IMG/VR virus record: IMGVR_UViG_3300044846_002555
Coordinates: 32,001 to 96,000 of that record
Reading direction: 5' to 3' (one strand)
Source: a virus
Length of the DNA stretch: 64,000 nt
Part shown: piece after piece, positions 10,301 through 20,661 of the stretch
How the letters are laid out: each line of letters starts with the position of its first letter
How positions within the stretch are numbered: position 1 is the first letter of the stretch
Made by a program: the position numbers and the translations under genes
The notes under the pieces: generated by a model
The model's database searches: none
What the model saw: the letters and a program-made list of their open reading frames with translations, nothing else
Told to the model about the DNA's origin: nothing

Positions 10301-12409
10301 CAAGGTGAACAAATTGTAATTCCTCAAGGTGAGTCAGGTAGTGGTTCTCAAGTTGATTGTAGTAAAAATATTAAATCAAACACAAATACAACAACTTCAA
10401 ATAAAGAGGCTGAAGTGTATTCTACAGATGCTATGGCGTGTAGAAGAGTTAAGATTAGTAGTATTTTAGTAACTCCAACAGTAACAACAACCACAACAAC
10501 CCAAAAAGTTGAAATAGTAACACCTGAAGTTAGTGCAACAACAATTAATACTATTAAACCTGTTCAAACAATTGAAATACAACAAAAATTAAAAGAAGGT
10601 ATTGGAAAACGTATTATTAGACAGTTATTGACAGAATGTGATTATTTTGATGTTATTAAAGAAAGTAATCCTATTCTATATGGTTCTATTGCGGATAAAA
10701 TTAGATTTTTTAATCCTGCATTTCACTCTATGACTCCTGAAGGATTAAATGCTCGATTAACTTTCTTAAATCAATGTGTTAGACCTGGTGAAACGATACC
10801 TGTTATTGGTGTTGATGGTAAACCAAAATATAACGACGCTGTAAATACTGCCTTTGGGGCACCACCGGTTTTAGTATTAAGGATTGGGGATTTTTATAAT
10901 GGTAAAATAATTCCAAAAACAATTTCATTTACATATGAACCATTAATATTAGATATGAATCCTGAAGGTATTGGTATTCAACCAATGATTGCAAATGTTA
11001 ATTTAAGTTTTGATATGATTGGTGGTATGGGATTAGCTAGACCTGTGGAACAACTACAAAATGCGTTATCATTTAATTTCTATGCTAATACTGAAATTTA
11101 TGATGAAAGAGCGACTTGGACTGAAGATACTTCAGCTTTGGACGCTAAATTAGTTCAGTCAATATTAGATGCACAACCACCGGTTACAGTTAATAATGTT
11201 CAAAATGATATTGTTAACGATGGTGGAAATACTATTGGAGACATATTAACAAATATTCCGGTTACTAGTGGTCAAACAGGGGAAATTACCTATATGACTA
11301 TTATGGATAAAATATTAGATTCAACACAAGAATATTATACAAATATCTTAAATCAAAGTGATAGTATTGTCAAATCTTATAATTATGGTGTTTGGCAATT
11401 AATAACACAAGATAGATTATATACTTCCGGAGAAATAAGTTTAAATTCTAGTAGTGTATTGGCACCAATTTACGGTAAACCTGAAGGTGTTGAAACTAAA
11501 GTTGATTCGTTATTTAGTACGTTTATCTCAGATATAAATGCTGACAACCCTACTAATAAAAATTATATCATATCAAGATTAGTTGGTTTTAAATTTACAG
11601 ATGCAACAATTCAAAGAGTTAAGACAAATATGAATCAATATATTAACACGTTAAAAGGTGATTATAGTAGTGGTTTGTTTACTAAAATTCAAGAGATTGT
11701 GGTTTTAGAACAAAATATGGTTCAAATAATTAGAAAGATAAATTTAGTAACAACAAAAACTGATGGTAAAATTTTAGATACGGGTGTTCCTCGTGTTTAT
11801 ACTATTTCAGGAACTACTGAAGTTAATAGTGCTAGTCTTGGGTCTCCATTGGATACGTATATAGAATTATGTGATGATTATCGTTTAGTTGGTGTTAGAT
11901 TAGATGAGTTTAATGTTTTAATGGAAGCTGAAAAAATAATTACAACTGTTACCGTACCGTATGAAGGTCCGGGAGAATTTGAACCAATATCTAAACAATT
12001 TGCTACGGCATCTGTTGAGGATAAACGACAATTCATGGTAATGGCGCAAATATTCAATGATAACAATAAATTAACTGAATTTAAAAACGCTATTATTAGT
12101 GGAGAATTAAAGAATGATAATAAATTAGTTAGAAAATTTAATAATATTTGTGATGATTTTGCGGATTTAACTAAAAAAGAGTTAGTTGCTGAACAAAAAT
12201 TTATTAAAACAATTAGGGATAAAGAATCGTATTCAAAATTTGTAAACCAAACCGCTTATCCTAAAGGTAAGTTAAGAAAGTTTACATACACAACAGTTCC
12301 TGACCCTGCTACCGAGACACAACAAAAAACGGATATTGCTAATTTATATAAAACTGTTAATGTGAATAACGACCCTTTAACTTTTGATGGTAAAATAAAA
12401 TTTGATTAA
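7400..12409 (+). CDS. Large baseplate/tube-initiator-like protein with an inserted OmpA-like peptidoglycan-binding domain
   Basis: Tube-fold-like segments FLGRPEPIYTYKNTSRSGQLSWKIIVD and PPVLVLRIGDFY flank an OmpA-C-like signature GSAS...YNTNLSKRRNDSV...CRRVKI. Confidence 0.6.
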   Translation: MAESSLSFASTSSFRNSLMVKNLAPYSVQGVYTPPVSQVNYETILSVSNVIDSPGELITNGSYSNLLYPLNEYGPDGGYSTQINFNGPPLPVASNQGEYNPNDTVLDLVNEFFIDAAYIQNRYGPQGSFNDLVIITDVENNNKIYQPYWEPPSFAPSSYSPYNILLSPNPIGSNGLLSQDSFIARFGASELNSLLKKRIDAELFQNTLGLINLESLQDPFEISMMLSGQQPLVYKNWKITVPENPVVAAADFLTRLAGAYWPVSLIPGDYFNDNNENSQTQQTSNALNTVNQLTGGLLGPILNLNRSGSQIFLANTGNGQRSVLFANINYNRYQPSYDKDYGLLFGVAQGLVNLLVPNINPGNGTLVGGYYVGNRTSEPSYITSPPNQIPVNAFGQQDPSPVYGPSEMGILYEGNESALSNFGLGGRSYSDGGGIDGGFVWVSPKYKANAGFRAIPGGGSGTIDEDYQLVSGNITRDESTNIEFKETSILDQTQRLIDSADGVTGEARLKHVGNAMNQISKVFHDGYKEITKGSQVLSYTDNTTGGDAGIEYCRVFTKDNPYYTYNDLQKTDGITTSGRRFTHSVLDNTYNLNIVPLRNPGSTNIIANNVNGTGGYAKKYMFSIENLAWRTSSRPGFTYDELPVCEKGPNGGRVMWFPPYDLKFSDSSTANWNDTSFLGRPEPIYTYKNTSRSGQLSWKIIVDSPSVMNTIVEKQLKGQSKERINSIIDSFFAGCVKYDIYELALKFNTIPTKDLYTYQEILSNPRLTDEELKNVSANIPRENSVPQGGAGTPADAAVQTANPDTSIDDFKKNYSQLAFYFDNDIPDPKSQGVVSSVPYDVTYSAYTAPTNITKYVDTASGIFNAGSVNRNVREFFDNIVISNFNKIANNSSNFIVDAYNILKEKKGTISIQMVGSASATASVPYNTNLSKRRNDSVIQFLKTYKIGDANLAPFFEDKTFQITLQSGQGEQIVIPQGESGSGSQVDCSKNIKSNTNTTTSNKEAEVYSTDAMACRRVKISSILVTPTVTTTTTTQKVEIVTPEVSATTINTIKPVQTIEIQQKLKEGIGKRIIRQLLTECDYFDVIKESNPILYGSIADKIRFFNPAFHSMTPEGLNARLTFLNQCVRPGETIPVIGVDGKPKYNDAVNTAFGAPPVLVLRIGDFYNGKIIPKTISFTYEPLILDMNPEGIGIQPMIANVNLSFDMIGGMGLARPVEQLQNALSFNFYANTEIYDERATWTEDTSALDAKLVQSILDAQPPVTVNNVQNDIVNDGGNTIGDILTNIPVTSGQTGEITYMTIMDKILDSTQEYYTNILNQSDSIVKSYNYGVWQLITQDRLYTSGEISLNSSSVLAPIYGKPEGVETKVDSLFSTFISDINADNPTNKNYIISRLVGFKFTDATIQRVKTNMNQYINTLKGDYSSGLFTKIQEIVVLEQNMVQIIRKINLVTTKTDGKILDTGVPRVYTISGTTEVNSASLGSPLDTYIELCDDYRLVGVRLDEFNVLMEAEKIITTVTVPYEGPGEFEPISKQFATASVEDKRQFMVMAQIFNDNNKLTEFKNAIISGELKNDNKLVRKFNNICDDFADLTKKELVAEQKFIKTIRDKESYSKFVNQTAYPKGKLRKFTYTTVPDPATETQQKTDIANLYKTVNVNNDPLTFDGKIKFD

Positions 12410-12411
12410 TT

Positions 12412-12738
12412 ATGGGTACTAAAGATTATTATAATAGATACAATAATTTTATTGTTAATGGACGACAAACAGTTGTTCCATATGTTACTCTGCCAAGTAA
12501 ATCCACAGATAAAAGATATATTTTTAAAGTTGCTCAATCTAGATTAGACAAAGTTTCACAACAATATTATGGGACACCTTTTTTTGGTTGGTTAATATTA
12601 CAAGCAAATCCAATATACGCAGGTCAAGAGTGGAATATCCCTGATGGGGCAATCTTGACAATCCCTTATCCTTTAATTGCTTCATTACAGGATTACAACA
12701 ATGACCTAGAAAATTACTTCTTTTATTATGGTAGATAA
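12412..12738 (+). CDS. LysM-like baseplate wedge protein (T4 gp53 / P2 gpX-like)
   Basis: RLDKVSQQYYG....WLILQANP......IPDGAILTIP. Confidence 0.8.
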   Translation: MGTKDYYNRYNNFIVNGRQTVVPYVTLPSKSTDKRYIFKVAQSRLDKVSQQYYGTPFFGWLILQANPIYAGQEWNIPDGAILTIPYPLIASLQDYNNDLENYFFYYGR

Positions 12739-15700
12739 ATCGGAAAATATATTAGTTGAGTTTGATTATAATAACATATCAATCATTGACCCAAATAAAG
12801 TCATAGATAGTGACGGAAAAGTACAAGAAAGATATGTTAAACAAGAAAATTTAGTGATGTACGCTAATTTAGAGTGTAAAGTATTACCACGTACTAAATT
12901 AGCCCTTGGTGTTGCAAATAACGACCAAGTACAAACAGTTTCAATTGCCAGTATTAATTTTTTAAAACCGGGTGATAAAACATTTTTAGACAATTCATAT
13001 ACTGATGAAATAACAGGTAAAGATACGATTACCGGTAATGGTGTGAATCAGCCAAAACTAACCTCTATTTCAAATCCAAATAAGAGTAGTGATTTTTATA
13101 TTAGACAAACAATTAATTCGGGTGGTAAACAAGCATCTGTTGATAATGGTTTATTAGGTATTACTTCTATTAATATTAGACAAGGTTTAGATTTTTTACC
13201 TTCAATCACCATTGAATTAGAAGATGTTAAAGGTAGAGCGATGTTTGAGGCGGGTGATAATTCACCATATGCGGCATTTTTTAATTTACCTTATCCAATG
13301 TTCCAATTAACTATAAAAGGATTTTATGGTAAGGCTGTTAAATTACAATTAATGTTACAAACGTTTTCATCAAGATATGATACGTCTAATGGTAATTTTA
13401 AAATCAAACTACATTTTTACACATACAAATATACATTATTGAGTGAAGTACCTATGGCGGCGTTGACGGCTGTTCCACATATGTACCAATCTAGAGTTAA
13501 TATACAAACTACTAAAGGTGGGGCTACCAACTTTTCAAATGTTCAGGACTCAATAGTATCAAGAGGTTATCAAAAAGTTAGAGAGTTATATAGTGAATAT
13601 AAATCAAAAGGAATGATACCTGATGATTTTCCGGAAATAACCGTTGTTCAAATGAGAGATAGAATTGAAAATTTTATTAAAAACATTCTAACATCTTTTT
13701 CTCAACAAAATTTAGACCCATTAACTTACGTTGAGGAGTATCAACGATTATTAGGTAATTTGGATAAAGATGTTTATGTTGGGGCGGGAACTTCTTGGTT
13801 TTCCAAATATATGGATACTGAGAATTATTTGGTTATGAAAGGGGTTAATGGTCTTACTGAGGGTAGTAAAGTTTATACATTTAAACGTGAAATAGACACT
13901 CAAACAAAACGAACTGCGGCATTAAGTGAACTACAAGGTATTATTAGTAAGGCAAAAGAAAAAATGGATGAGAATCCTGTTTGTGGTGTGGATGGTAAAT
14001 ACACAATTGATGGTAAAACAAATACTAGTTCAAAATCAACATTTAAAATTACAACAGATATTTTTCCTGTTGAACCAAAATATGGGGATGTAAATGTTTT
14101 AGAAACATATCGACAACGAAAAAAATTATCAACAACACCAAATGCTGAACAACTTAAACAATTTGATAATGAATTGGCGGAACAAGGGGTTTTTAATTCT
14201 TTAGTAATAGTAAATAAAAAAGGTTCGGAAGAAAAAAAATTTCAATATTATATATTTGAAGGGGTTGGTCGATTTGAAGATTTAATCAATCAAATGGGTA
14301 CTAATGTAAAAAAAGCTAAAGAAAATATTCAAGAAGCTTTAACAGAAGCTTTAACTAATTTATTACAAAAGAAAGATAATGGTATTGGGTTTGTTCCAAA
14401 TATCCGAAATGTACTTGCGGTTATTTTTGCAAATGGAGAGGCGTTTTTAAGATTGATGGACGATGTTCACGTTCAAGCTTGGAATTTAAATGACACACAA
14501 ATTAAAGCTAGAAGGAATTCTATTTTAAATCCTGAAACTGCAACTGCTTGTGTGGATAACGTATCTTCAGGAGATAATGAAACATTACCAATATACCCGT
14601 GGCCACAAATGTTAGTTGCAACATCAGGTAAGGATGGGCGTGAAATGTTTGAATTAACTTATCCTGGTGATAAAAACGTAATAAATCAAACGAAGGCGTA
14701 TCAAACAGATTTATGGCCTGAAGTAGAATTTGTGGAAGAATTTATTAGGGCAACAACTCAAACGGTAAAACCACCTGCAGACCCGTTAACAACTGAAAAT
14801 CCCTTAACGGATATTCAACGAGTATCATTGGACGCTATTGAATTTCCAATTAGTAATGCTGTTTATGACAATAAGGAAGAAATAAAATATTTTTATGAAA
14901 TATTTGAAAGAATATTTTTAACATCAAATTATTCAGGTTTATTAAGAAGTAATGGTAATACCCAAGACCAAGATAAAGTTACGGATGTTATTGCTGAGGC
15001 GGAAAGTATTAATATTATTCAAAGTTTATCTAACGATAACCCTTTTATTATTAAAAAATTAAAAGAGTTTGGGATTAATGCGGGTAATTTTGAGGTATTA
15101 ATGAGACACATATCTAATGACGGTACGGGTGAAAGTTGGCAAAATTTTATAAGAGGTATTTTTAATACTTCTTACATTAAAAATAAAGTTAATAATTCTA
15201 GTTATGAATTTTTAAGTCAAAACTTGTTGAACGAAAATAAATCCCAACCATTAGTTTCCCTACCGGGTGAAAATAATGTTGTTAATTTTATCTCAAATTC
15301 AACCTCAAGTAATATTTTTAATTTAACTGATACATACCCATTTACAAATTTTCCTTGGGTTAAAAATGAATTGGCAAATGGGAATTCGATTTCGGATATC
15401 AAATCATCATATAACACAACAAAAGTATTAACGTATAATACTAATAAAAAAATTATATCTAATTTTTTAGATATAACTAATAATAATGATAGAAGACCGT
15501 TTACTAATTTTTTATTTAATGAAATTAAATCACCAATTTATTTCTTTGATTTAAAATTATTTTATGAAAATAGAAGTTTTGATAAACAATTACCAACAGA
15601 AGGTAATTTAAGATATAATGACTATTCAGGGTTAGTTACGAGTAATCAAACCGTTTCAATGTTTAACACACCATATTTTGTTAATTCAATCCAACAAGGT

Positions 15701-18700
15701 GTTAAAAATTTTAGAAATAACGATGAATATCCATTTGTTGCTTCAGCATATTTGTTTTTAAATAGTTTGCCTTTATCTACACTTAGAGAAAAATATAAAA
15801 CTTATTCGTCTAATTCGGCAACTGATTTAGATTATATTTTTGCAACACTTAAGAAATTTGGTGCGGTTCATAAGTTACCATATGCTTGGATATTAAAAAT
15901 TGGTTCTGTTTGGAATAGATATAAAAATTTTGTTGAAACAGGTAAAGATATTTTAGACACGTCATGGTCAGGTTTTAGTTATGTTCATAATTATGACCCG
16001 GTAACCAATTCACCAAGTAAAAATTATAATTTAATAATTAATGGGGCTCAGATGGATATTGTGTTAGAAAAAAACACAACATTAGGTGTTGAAACATCTT
16101 CATTAATTAATACAGGTTTTTACCCATTATTAATTAATGACTTTAATGTATTTTATCAAGGTTTCCAAATATATTCAGGTTACACCGATACAGATATTCA
16201 AAATGGATTTACTTCAGGGGTTACATTAAATTACGTACCTGAAGCAATTATTAATATGCCTGAAGGGTTTGACCCAAATAATCCAAAAAGAGATTTAAGA
16301 GTTATTCCTTGGTCAGTTTATATTACAACATTGGACCAAACTTCTTCATTTATTGTCCCATCTCAAGGTGCGTTAATAAATCAAACAAGTAATGAATGTA
16401 TTACTGAAGAAACTAATCAACTAAAATATGAGATTACCGGTAATACCGCAATGTATAATGGTTCGGTTAGAATGTTTTGGTCAGCACCTAACTATGGGTA
16501 TTTTGATATAGATAAAGTTGTTAAACCAACACCAATAAAATACTTAAAACAAGTATTCAACATTACAGGTGATACCAAACAAGAGAATTTCTCAATTAAC
16601 GGTAAACAAGACCAATACACTGAAATAAGTGAAATATTCTCAGTATTTGAAACAGAGGTTTTAGATAGTTTTGAAACAGAATTTTTAAATTTTTCAAAAT
16701 CAATATATGATTTTGATGATGAGTTTATTTCAAATAGTGATAGCGAAACAACTAAATCGTTTAAAAACTTTCAAATGTTAATGAGAAGTTTGATGAGGAT
16801 TCCAAAAGTGGGGGGGACAAACATTAATACAGAATTAGTTTCTGCGGTTTCGGATTCGCAGTTGAACGTTTTAACTAATATTTTACAGTCATTTTTAAAT
16901 TATGACGTTGTGTTCAAATATGGTAATCCGGCAAACTTTGATAAAAGATTATTTTATACTTTTTCAAATGCGTTAATTGCTGACCCATATACTTGGAGTA
17001 AATATTCGTTCCAAACACCAATTCCATTACCAACATCAGGGGGTACGGTAACATTATCACAATCAATTACAAATTACCCAAATGAATGGAGAGCGTTACA
17101 ATTATATGTTGGTTTTTCGGAGATACCTCAATTACAATATACAAATGATGGTTCATACATTACAGATTTTTTTGTTGATTGTAATATAGATTTTAGTGTT
17201 GAAAATATAAAAACATTCGCACCTATTATTAAAATTTATGCGACTCAAAAATTAAATGATGATACTCTGAATTATAATAAGTTTGTTAATTTAATGAATG
17301 ATTATATTGCAAGTACGGATAAATTCCAAAGTATTATTATTAATAAATTAATGCCTAAATTACAAAAACAATTACCGGATGTTGGTAGTACACCAGATAC
17401 TGCACTTGCGACGGCATTAGAAGGTCCTCAAACAAAATTAGAATATTGGGAGGCGTTTAAAGCGTTAAACGATAAATGGATATCAGGTAATGACTTTAAA
17501 ACTAAAACACTTTTTGAAGATGTTTTATTAATGGATAGAGCGAACAGAAACATTGGGGATAAAGTATTAGTTGATGTTAATAAATTAAAATTTAGATTAA
17601 AAGATATAAACCCTAAAACAAGTATGTTGACTTTTGTTCAAACAATTTTAGTTGAAAATAATTTTGTTGTTATGAACATACCTTCATATGTTAACTTTTA
17701 TAATGTACAAGATGCTGTTAAAAATCCTGTTCCAAAACCAGAGGGGTCTCTTGATTTTGCGAACACGATGTTTGGTACGTTTTTAAATGTTGATTATAGA
17801 AATTCTTCAGCAAAAATGGTGTGTTTTTATGCGGGTAAACCAAGTGAACAACCTGATTTTCAAAACAATGCTAATGTAAGATTTAAAGGTGACTCTTTTG
17901 ATTTAAGACGAGCAAGTGATAATCCATTAATTGAAGACCAAATCGGTAAAACCGATTGGGATAAATCAAATAAAGTTGTTGGGTTTAATGTTGATGTTGG
18001 ACCACAAAGTCAATCAATTTTCCATGGATTCCAAATAGACCAAAGTGCGGGACAAGCTACCGCAGAATCTTTACAACAAACTGATGAGTTAGTTAAACAA
18101 TCTTCAGGTAAAGTTGCTGGTACACAAAATATTTCATTATATAATTTATATAAAAATAGAAGTTATGCTTGTACTGTTTCTATGATGGGTAATGCGATGA
18201 TTCAACCAACTATGTACTTCAATTTAAGACACGTTCCTATGTTCAGTGGTGCTTATATGATACAAGAAGTGAATCATAGTATTGGGCCGGGAACATTTGA
18301 AACGGTTTTCAAAGGAATAAGACAAGCGGTATCAAACTTACCTGAAATAGATAGTTACATTCAAACGTTAAAAACTAATTTATTGACTTCAATTATTGAA
18401 AAAAATAAACAAGACAAACAAGAGGTGATAAAAGAAAGTGCTACAAAAGGGGACAATGTTATTAGTGAAACTAATGATGCTGTTAAAGAAGCAACAAAGA
18501 AAGACGCGACTACTTCAAAAAATTCTTCAGAATGTAAACCAGTAAGTAATTATGAAAAATATAGTAAAGTTGACTCAACAACAACTAAATCTAAATATAA
18601 AGACGCTATTAGTACAATTATTACTCAAACCTCTGACCAAAAATTAAGATATTTAGTGTTTGCAACAATTTATTTAGGGTCATCAAATGGAACTGAATTG

Positions 18701-19615
18701 GAGACAAAAGAAAGCAATTATTCAGGTGTTAATTTATTACAAAATTGGGGTCAAACAGGTCTCTCTTATTTTAATCAACAATTTTATTGTAGTTCAACTG
18801 ATGTACCATACGCAATTTTTTCAGATTTGTCTAAGCATGTTGAGTTTTTAATTGCAAGATTTAGTGGTAAAATTAGTTTATTACCTGATATAACCGCAAA
18901 AGAGATTGTTAAATTTTATACATTATATTTCTCAGCAAATCAAAAAAATATTGATGTATATAACAAATTGGTCCAAGATAATCCGAGTCAAGTAAGTCAG
19001 ATGGAAACTAGTGTTCAACAATCAATTGACCTATTTAAAACTGGTAGTGGAAATCAAAGTGGTAGTTTACCACCTAGTACACCTCCAAAGGCTAATACGG
19101 ATGCTGGGATTTTTGAAAATGCTAAAGCGTTTAGTACGGCTAGTATGCAAAATCTTCAGTATAGTAATGGTCTTCTTACAGGTAATTTTGTTCTTTACTA
19201 TGAAGGTGAATTATTAACCCAAGATTATCCTGCTAAATTATATATTTTGGGTGGTATGGATAAAATTGAAATTTGTAGTTTTACAATAAAACCAACAACA
19301 AATAAAAATGTGGGTTCATTTGTTTCATCACCTAAAGTTATTGAACTTTTAGAGGCGGCTAGAAATGATGAGACGTATAGAATTACTTTTATAGTTAAAG
19401 CGAACGCTTTTCCAAATATTAGTTACGCATTCACGAGAGTTCTTTCACCAATAGATTGTCCTGATGAGGATTTTAAATATCGTCAAATAATTGATGTAGG
19501 TACGTGGGATTCTATTAAAAATGATATTTGTTGTAATTGTTATAGTGAACCTTATACTGGGACACAAATTATTTGGGACGGAAAACCGTGTTCAAAAAAC
19601 GGGACAACATGTTAA
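12728..19615 (+). CDS. Very large baseplate hub-like protein (gp27/gpD-type elements) with possible C-terminal muramidase-like fold
   Basis: 2295 aa following the LysM gene. It has N-terminal LLGITSINI..ITIELEDVKG and late GNAMIQPTMYFNL..VPMFSGAYMIQEVNHSI....FETVFKGIR, which resembles hub C-terminal strands. Confidence 0.6.
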   Translation: MVDKSENILVEFDYNNISIIDPNKVIDSDGKVQERYVKQENLVMYANLECKVLPRTKLALGVANNDQVQTVSIASINFLKPGDKTFLDNSYTDEITGKDTITGNGVNQPKLTSISNPNKSSDFYIRQTINSGGKQASVDNGLLGITSINIRQGLDFLPSITIELEDVKGRAMFEAGDNSPYAAFFNLPYPMFQLTIKGFYGKAVKLQLMLQTFSSRYDTSNGNFKIKLHFYTYKYTLLSEVPMAALTAVPHMYQSRVNIQTTKGGATNFSNVQDSIVSRGYQKVRELYSEYKSKGMIPDDFPEITVVQMRDRIENFIKNILTSFSQQNLDPLTYVEEYQRLLGNLDKDVYVGAGTSWFSKYMDTENYLVMKGVNGLTEGSKVYTFKREIDTQTKRTAALSELQGIISKAKEKMDENPVCGVDGKYTIDGKTNTSSKSTFKITTDIFPVEPKYGDVNVLETYRQRKKLSTTPNAEQLKQFDNELAEQGVFNSLVIVNKKGSEEKKFQYYIFEGVGRFEDLINQMGTNVKKAKENIQEALTEALTNLLQKKDNGIGFVPNIRNVLAVIFANGEAFLRLMDDVHVQAWNLNDTQIKARRNSILNPETATACVDNVSSGDNETLPIYPWPQMLVATSGKDGREMFELTYPGDKNVINQTKAYQTDLWPEVEFVEEFIRATTQTVKPPADPLTTENPLTDIQRVSLDAIEFPISNAVYDNKEEIKYFYEIFERIFLTSNYSGLLRSNGNTQDQDKVTDVIAEAESINIIQSLSNDNPFIIKKLKEFGINAGNFEVLMRHISNDGTGESWQNFIRGIFNTSYIKNKVNNSSYEFLSQNLLNENKSQPLVSLPGENNVVNFISNSTSSNIFNLTDTYPFTNFPWVKNELANGNSISDIKSSYNTTKVLTYNTNKKIISNFLDITNNNDRRPFTNFLFNEIKSPIYFFDLKLFYENRSFDKQLPTEGNLRYNDYSGLVTSNQTVSMFNTPYFVNSIQQGVKNFRNNDEYPFVASAYLFLNSLPLSTLREKYKTYSSNSATDLDYIFATLKKFGAVHKLPYAWILKIGSVWNRYKNFVETGKDILDTSWSGFSYVHNYDPVTNSPSKNYNLIINGAQMDIVLEKNTTLGVETSSLINTGFYPLLINDFNVFYQGFQIYSGYTDTDIQNGFTSGVTLNYVPEAIINMPEGFDPNNPKRDLRVIPWSVYITTLDQTSSFIVPSQGALINQTSNECITEETNQLKYEITGNTAMYNGSVRMFWSAPNYGYFDIDKVVKPTPIKYLKQVFNITGDTKQENFSINGKQDQYTEISEIFSVFETEVLDSFETEFLNFSKSIYDFDDEFISNSDSETTKSFKNFQMLMRSLMRIPKVGGTNINTELVSAVSDSQLNVLTNILQSFLNYDVVFKYGNPANFDKRLFYTFSNALIADPYTWSKYSFQTPIPLPTSGGTVTLSQSITNYPNEWRALQLYVGFSEIPQLQYTNDGSYITDFFVDCNIDFSVENIKTFAPIIKIYATQKLNDDTLNYNKFVNLMNDYIASTDKFQSIIINKLMPKLQKQLPDVGSTPDTALATALEGPQTKLEYWEAFKALNDKWISGNDFKTKTLFEDVLLMDRANRNIGDKVLVDVNKLKFRLKDINPKTSMLTFVQTILVENNFVVMNIPSYVNFYNVQDAVKNPVPKPEGSLDFANTMFGTFLNVDYRNSSAKMVCFYAGKPSEQPDFQNNANVRFKGDSFDLRRASDNPLIEDQIGKTDWDKSNKVVGFNVDVGPQSQSIFHGFQIDQSAGQATAESLQQTDELVKQSSGKVAGTQNISLYNLYKNRSYACTVSMMGNAMIQPTMYFNLRHVPMFSGAYMIQEVNHSIGPGTFETVFKGIRQAVSNLPEIDSYIQTLKTNLLTSIIEKNKQDKQEVIKESATKGDNVISETNDAVKEATKKDATTSKNSSECKPVSNYEKYSKVDSTTTKSKYKDAISTIITQTSDQKLRYLVFATIYLGSSNGTELETKESNYSGVNLLQNWGQTGLSYFNQQFYCSSTDVPYAIFSDLSKHVEFLIARFSGKISLLPDITAKEIVKFYTLYFSANQKNIDVYNKLVQDNPSQVSQMETSVQQSIDLFKTGSGNQSGSLPPSTPPKANTDAGIFENAKAFSTASMQNLQYSNGLLTGNFVLYYEGELLTQDYPAKLYILGGMDKIEICSFTIKPTTNKNVGSFVSSPKVIELLEAARNDETYRITFIVKANAFPNISYAFTRVLSPIDCPDEDFKYRQIIDVGTWDSIKNDICCNCYSEPYTGTQIIWDGKPCSKNGTTC

Positions 19616-19658
19616 ATTAAGTTTTTTCAAAATAAAAGATATTTATAAATAAAAGATT

Positions 19659-19883
19659 ATGGACACAAAATTAATATTAGACAACTATTTAGGTAAAAAT
19701 ACCAGAAGTACCGAAAAAGATTTGGGAGATGGTTCTAAACAAGTATGTGATTTAGACACAGGTGATTGTTATACTATCAGAATGAAAGATGGTTTAATTG
19801 AAAGAGTGGATAACACATTAAACAAAAATAAGAGAATTCAAGTTGAAACTTTAACAGGTGTAAAACAACTATTAAACGGTTAA
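19659..19883 (+). CDS. Hypothetical protein (74 aa)
   Basis: ATG preceded by a TATTTATA motif (19640-19647) and an A-rich leader. It contains a C-x5-C pair. Confidence 0.75.
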   Translation: MDTKLILDNYLGKNTRSTEKDLGDGSKQVCDLDTGDCYTIRMKDGLIERVDNTLNKNKRIQVETLTGVKQLLNG

Positions 19884-19887
19884 TAAC

Positions 19888-20565
19888 ATGAAAAAAATAG
19901 ACAATCAAATTTTAGAAGAAATTGCTAGATATAATTCTATCAATCAATATATTGTTGAACAAGATGCTACGTTACCTCCACCACCAGGTGAAGTTGACCC
20001 AAATGCCGCTCCGGCTCCTGATGCAGGATTAGCCCCTGAAACGGCTCCACCGGCAGACCCAAATGCTGCGACAGTACCACCGGCTCCGGCAGGACCTCAA
20101 CCGGTTGATGTTGCGACTGACCCGGATGTAGAAAAAATTGATGATACAAAATCAGAATCAAAAACTGAGGAAATGGATATTACTGATTTAGTAAAATCGC
20201 AGAAAAAAGTTGAAGAAAAACAAGAAGAATACTTTAGTAACCTATTCCAACATTTAGATAATTTAGAAACTAAATTAGGTGAAATGGATGGTATTATGAC
20301 TAAATTAAATGATTTAGAATCTAAAGTTGAAAAATACAGAGAAAAAACACCTCAAGAAAGATTAGAATTAAGAACACTAGATTCAGGACCTTTCAATCAA
20401 AAATTAAGTCAATTTTTTGATGATAAAGAGGAGGATATGGAAAAAACAGGAAAAAATGAATATATTTTAACTCAAGACGAAGTTGAAGATTATTCCCCAA
20501 ATGAGATTAAAAAAACCTTCAGAAATTTTGAAGACGAAGTAAATCCATTTAGACAAGTAAGATAA
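19888..20565 (+). CDS. Acidic hypothetical protein with Pro/Ala-rich linker and coiled coil
   Basis: 225 aa, with a PPPP/APAP tract followed by the heptad-like LDNLETKLGEMDGIMTKLNDLESKVEK. Confidence 0.75.
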   Translation: MKKIDNQILEEIARYNSINQYIVEQDATLPPPPGEVDPNAAPAPDAGLAPETAPPADPNAATVPPAPAGPQPVDVATDPDVEKIDDTKSESKTEEMDITDLVKSQKKVEEKQEEYFSNLFQHLDNLETKLGEMDGIMTKLNDLESKVEKYREKTPQERLELRTLDSGPFNQKLSQFFDDKEEDMEKTGKNEYILTQDEVEDYSPNEIKKTFRNFEDEVNPFRQVR

Positions 20566-20569
20566 TTTT

Positions 20570-20593
20570 AACGGTCTTCGGACCGTTTTTTTT
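20570..20593 (+). terminator. Intrinsic terminator with a UUCG tetraloop
   Basis: AACGGTC-TTCG-GACCGTT followed by a T run. Confidence 0.9.
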
Positions 20594-20603
20594 ACAAAAC
20601 AAT

Positions 20604-20632
20604 TTGACAAACACACGGCTGACACTTATACT
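20604..20632 (+). promoter_or_regulatory. Host-RNAP-type promoter for the replication block
   Basis: TTGACA (20604-20609), 17-nt spacer, TATACT (20627-20632). It lies just after a terminator and before the SSB gene. Confidence 0.7.
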
Positions 20633-20661
20633 TTTATAAACCTTTAAATATTTTAAACACT

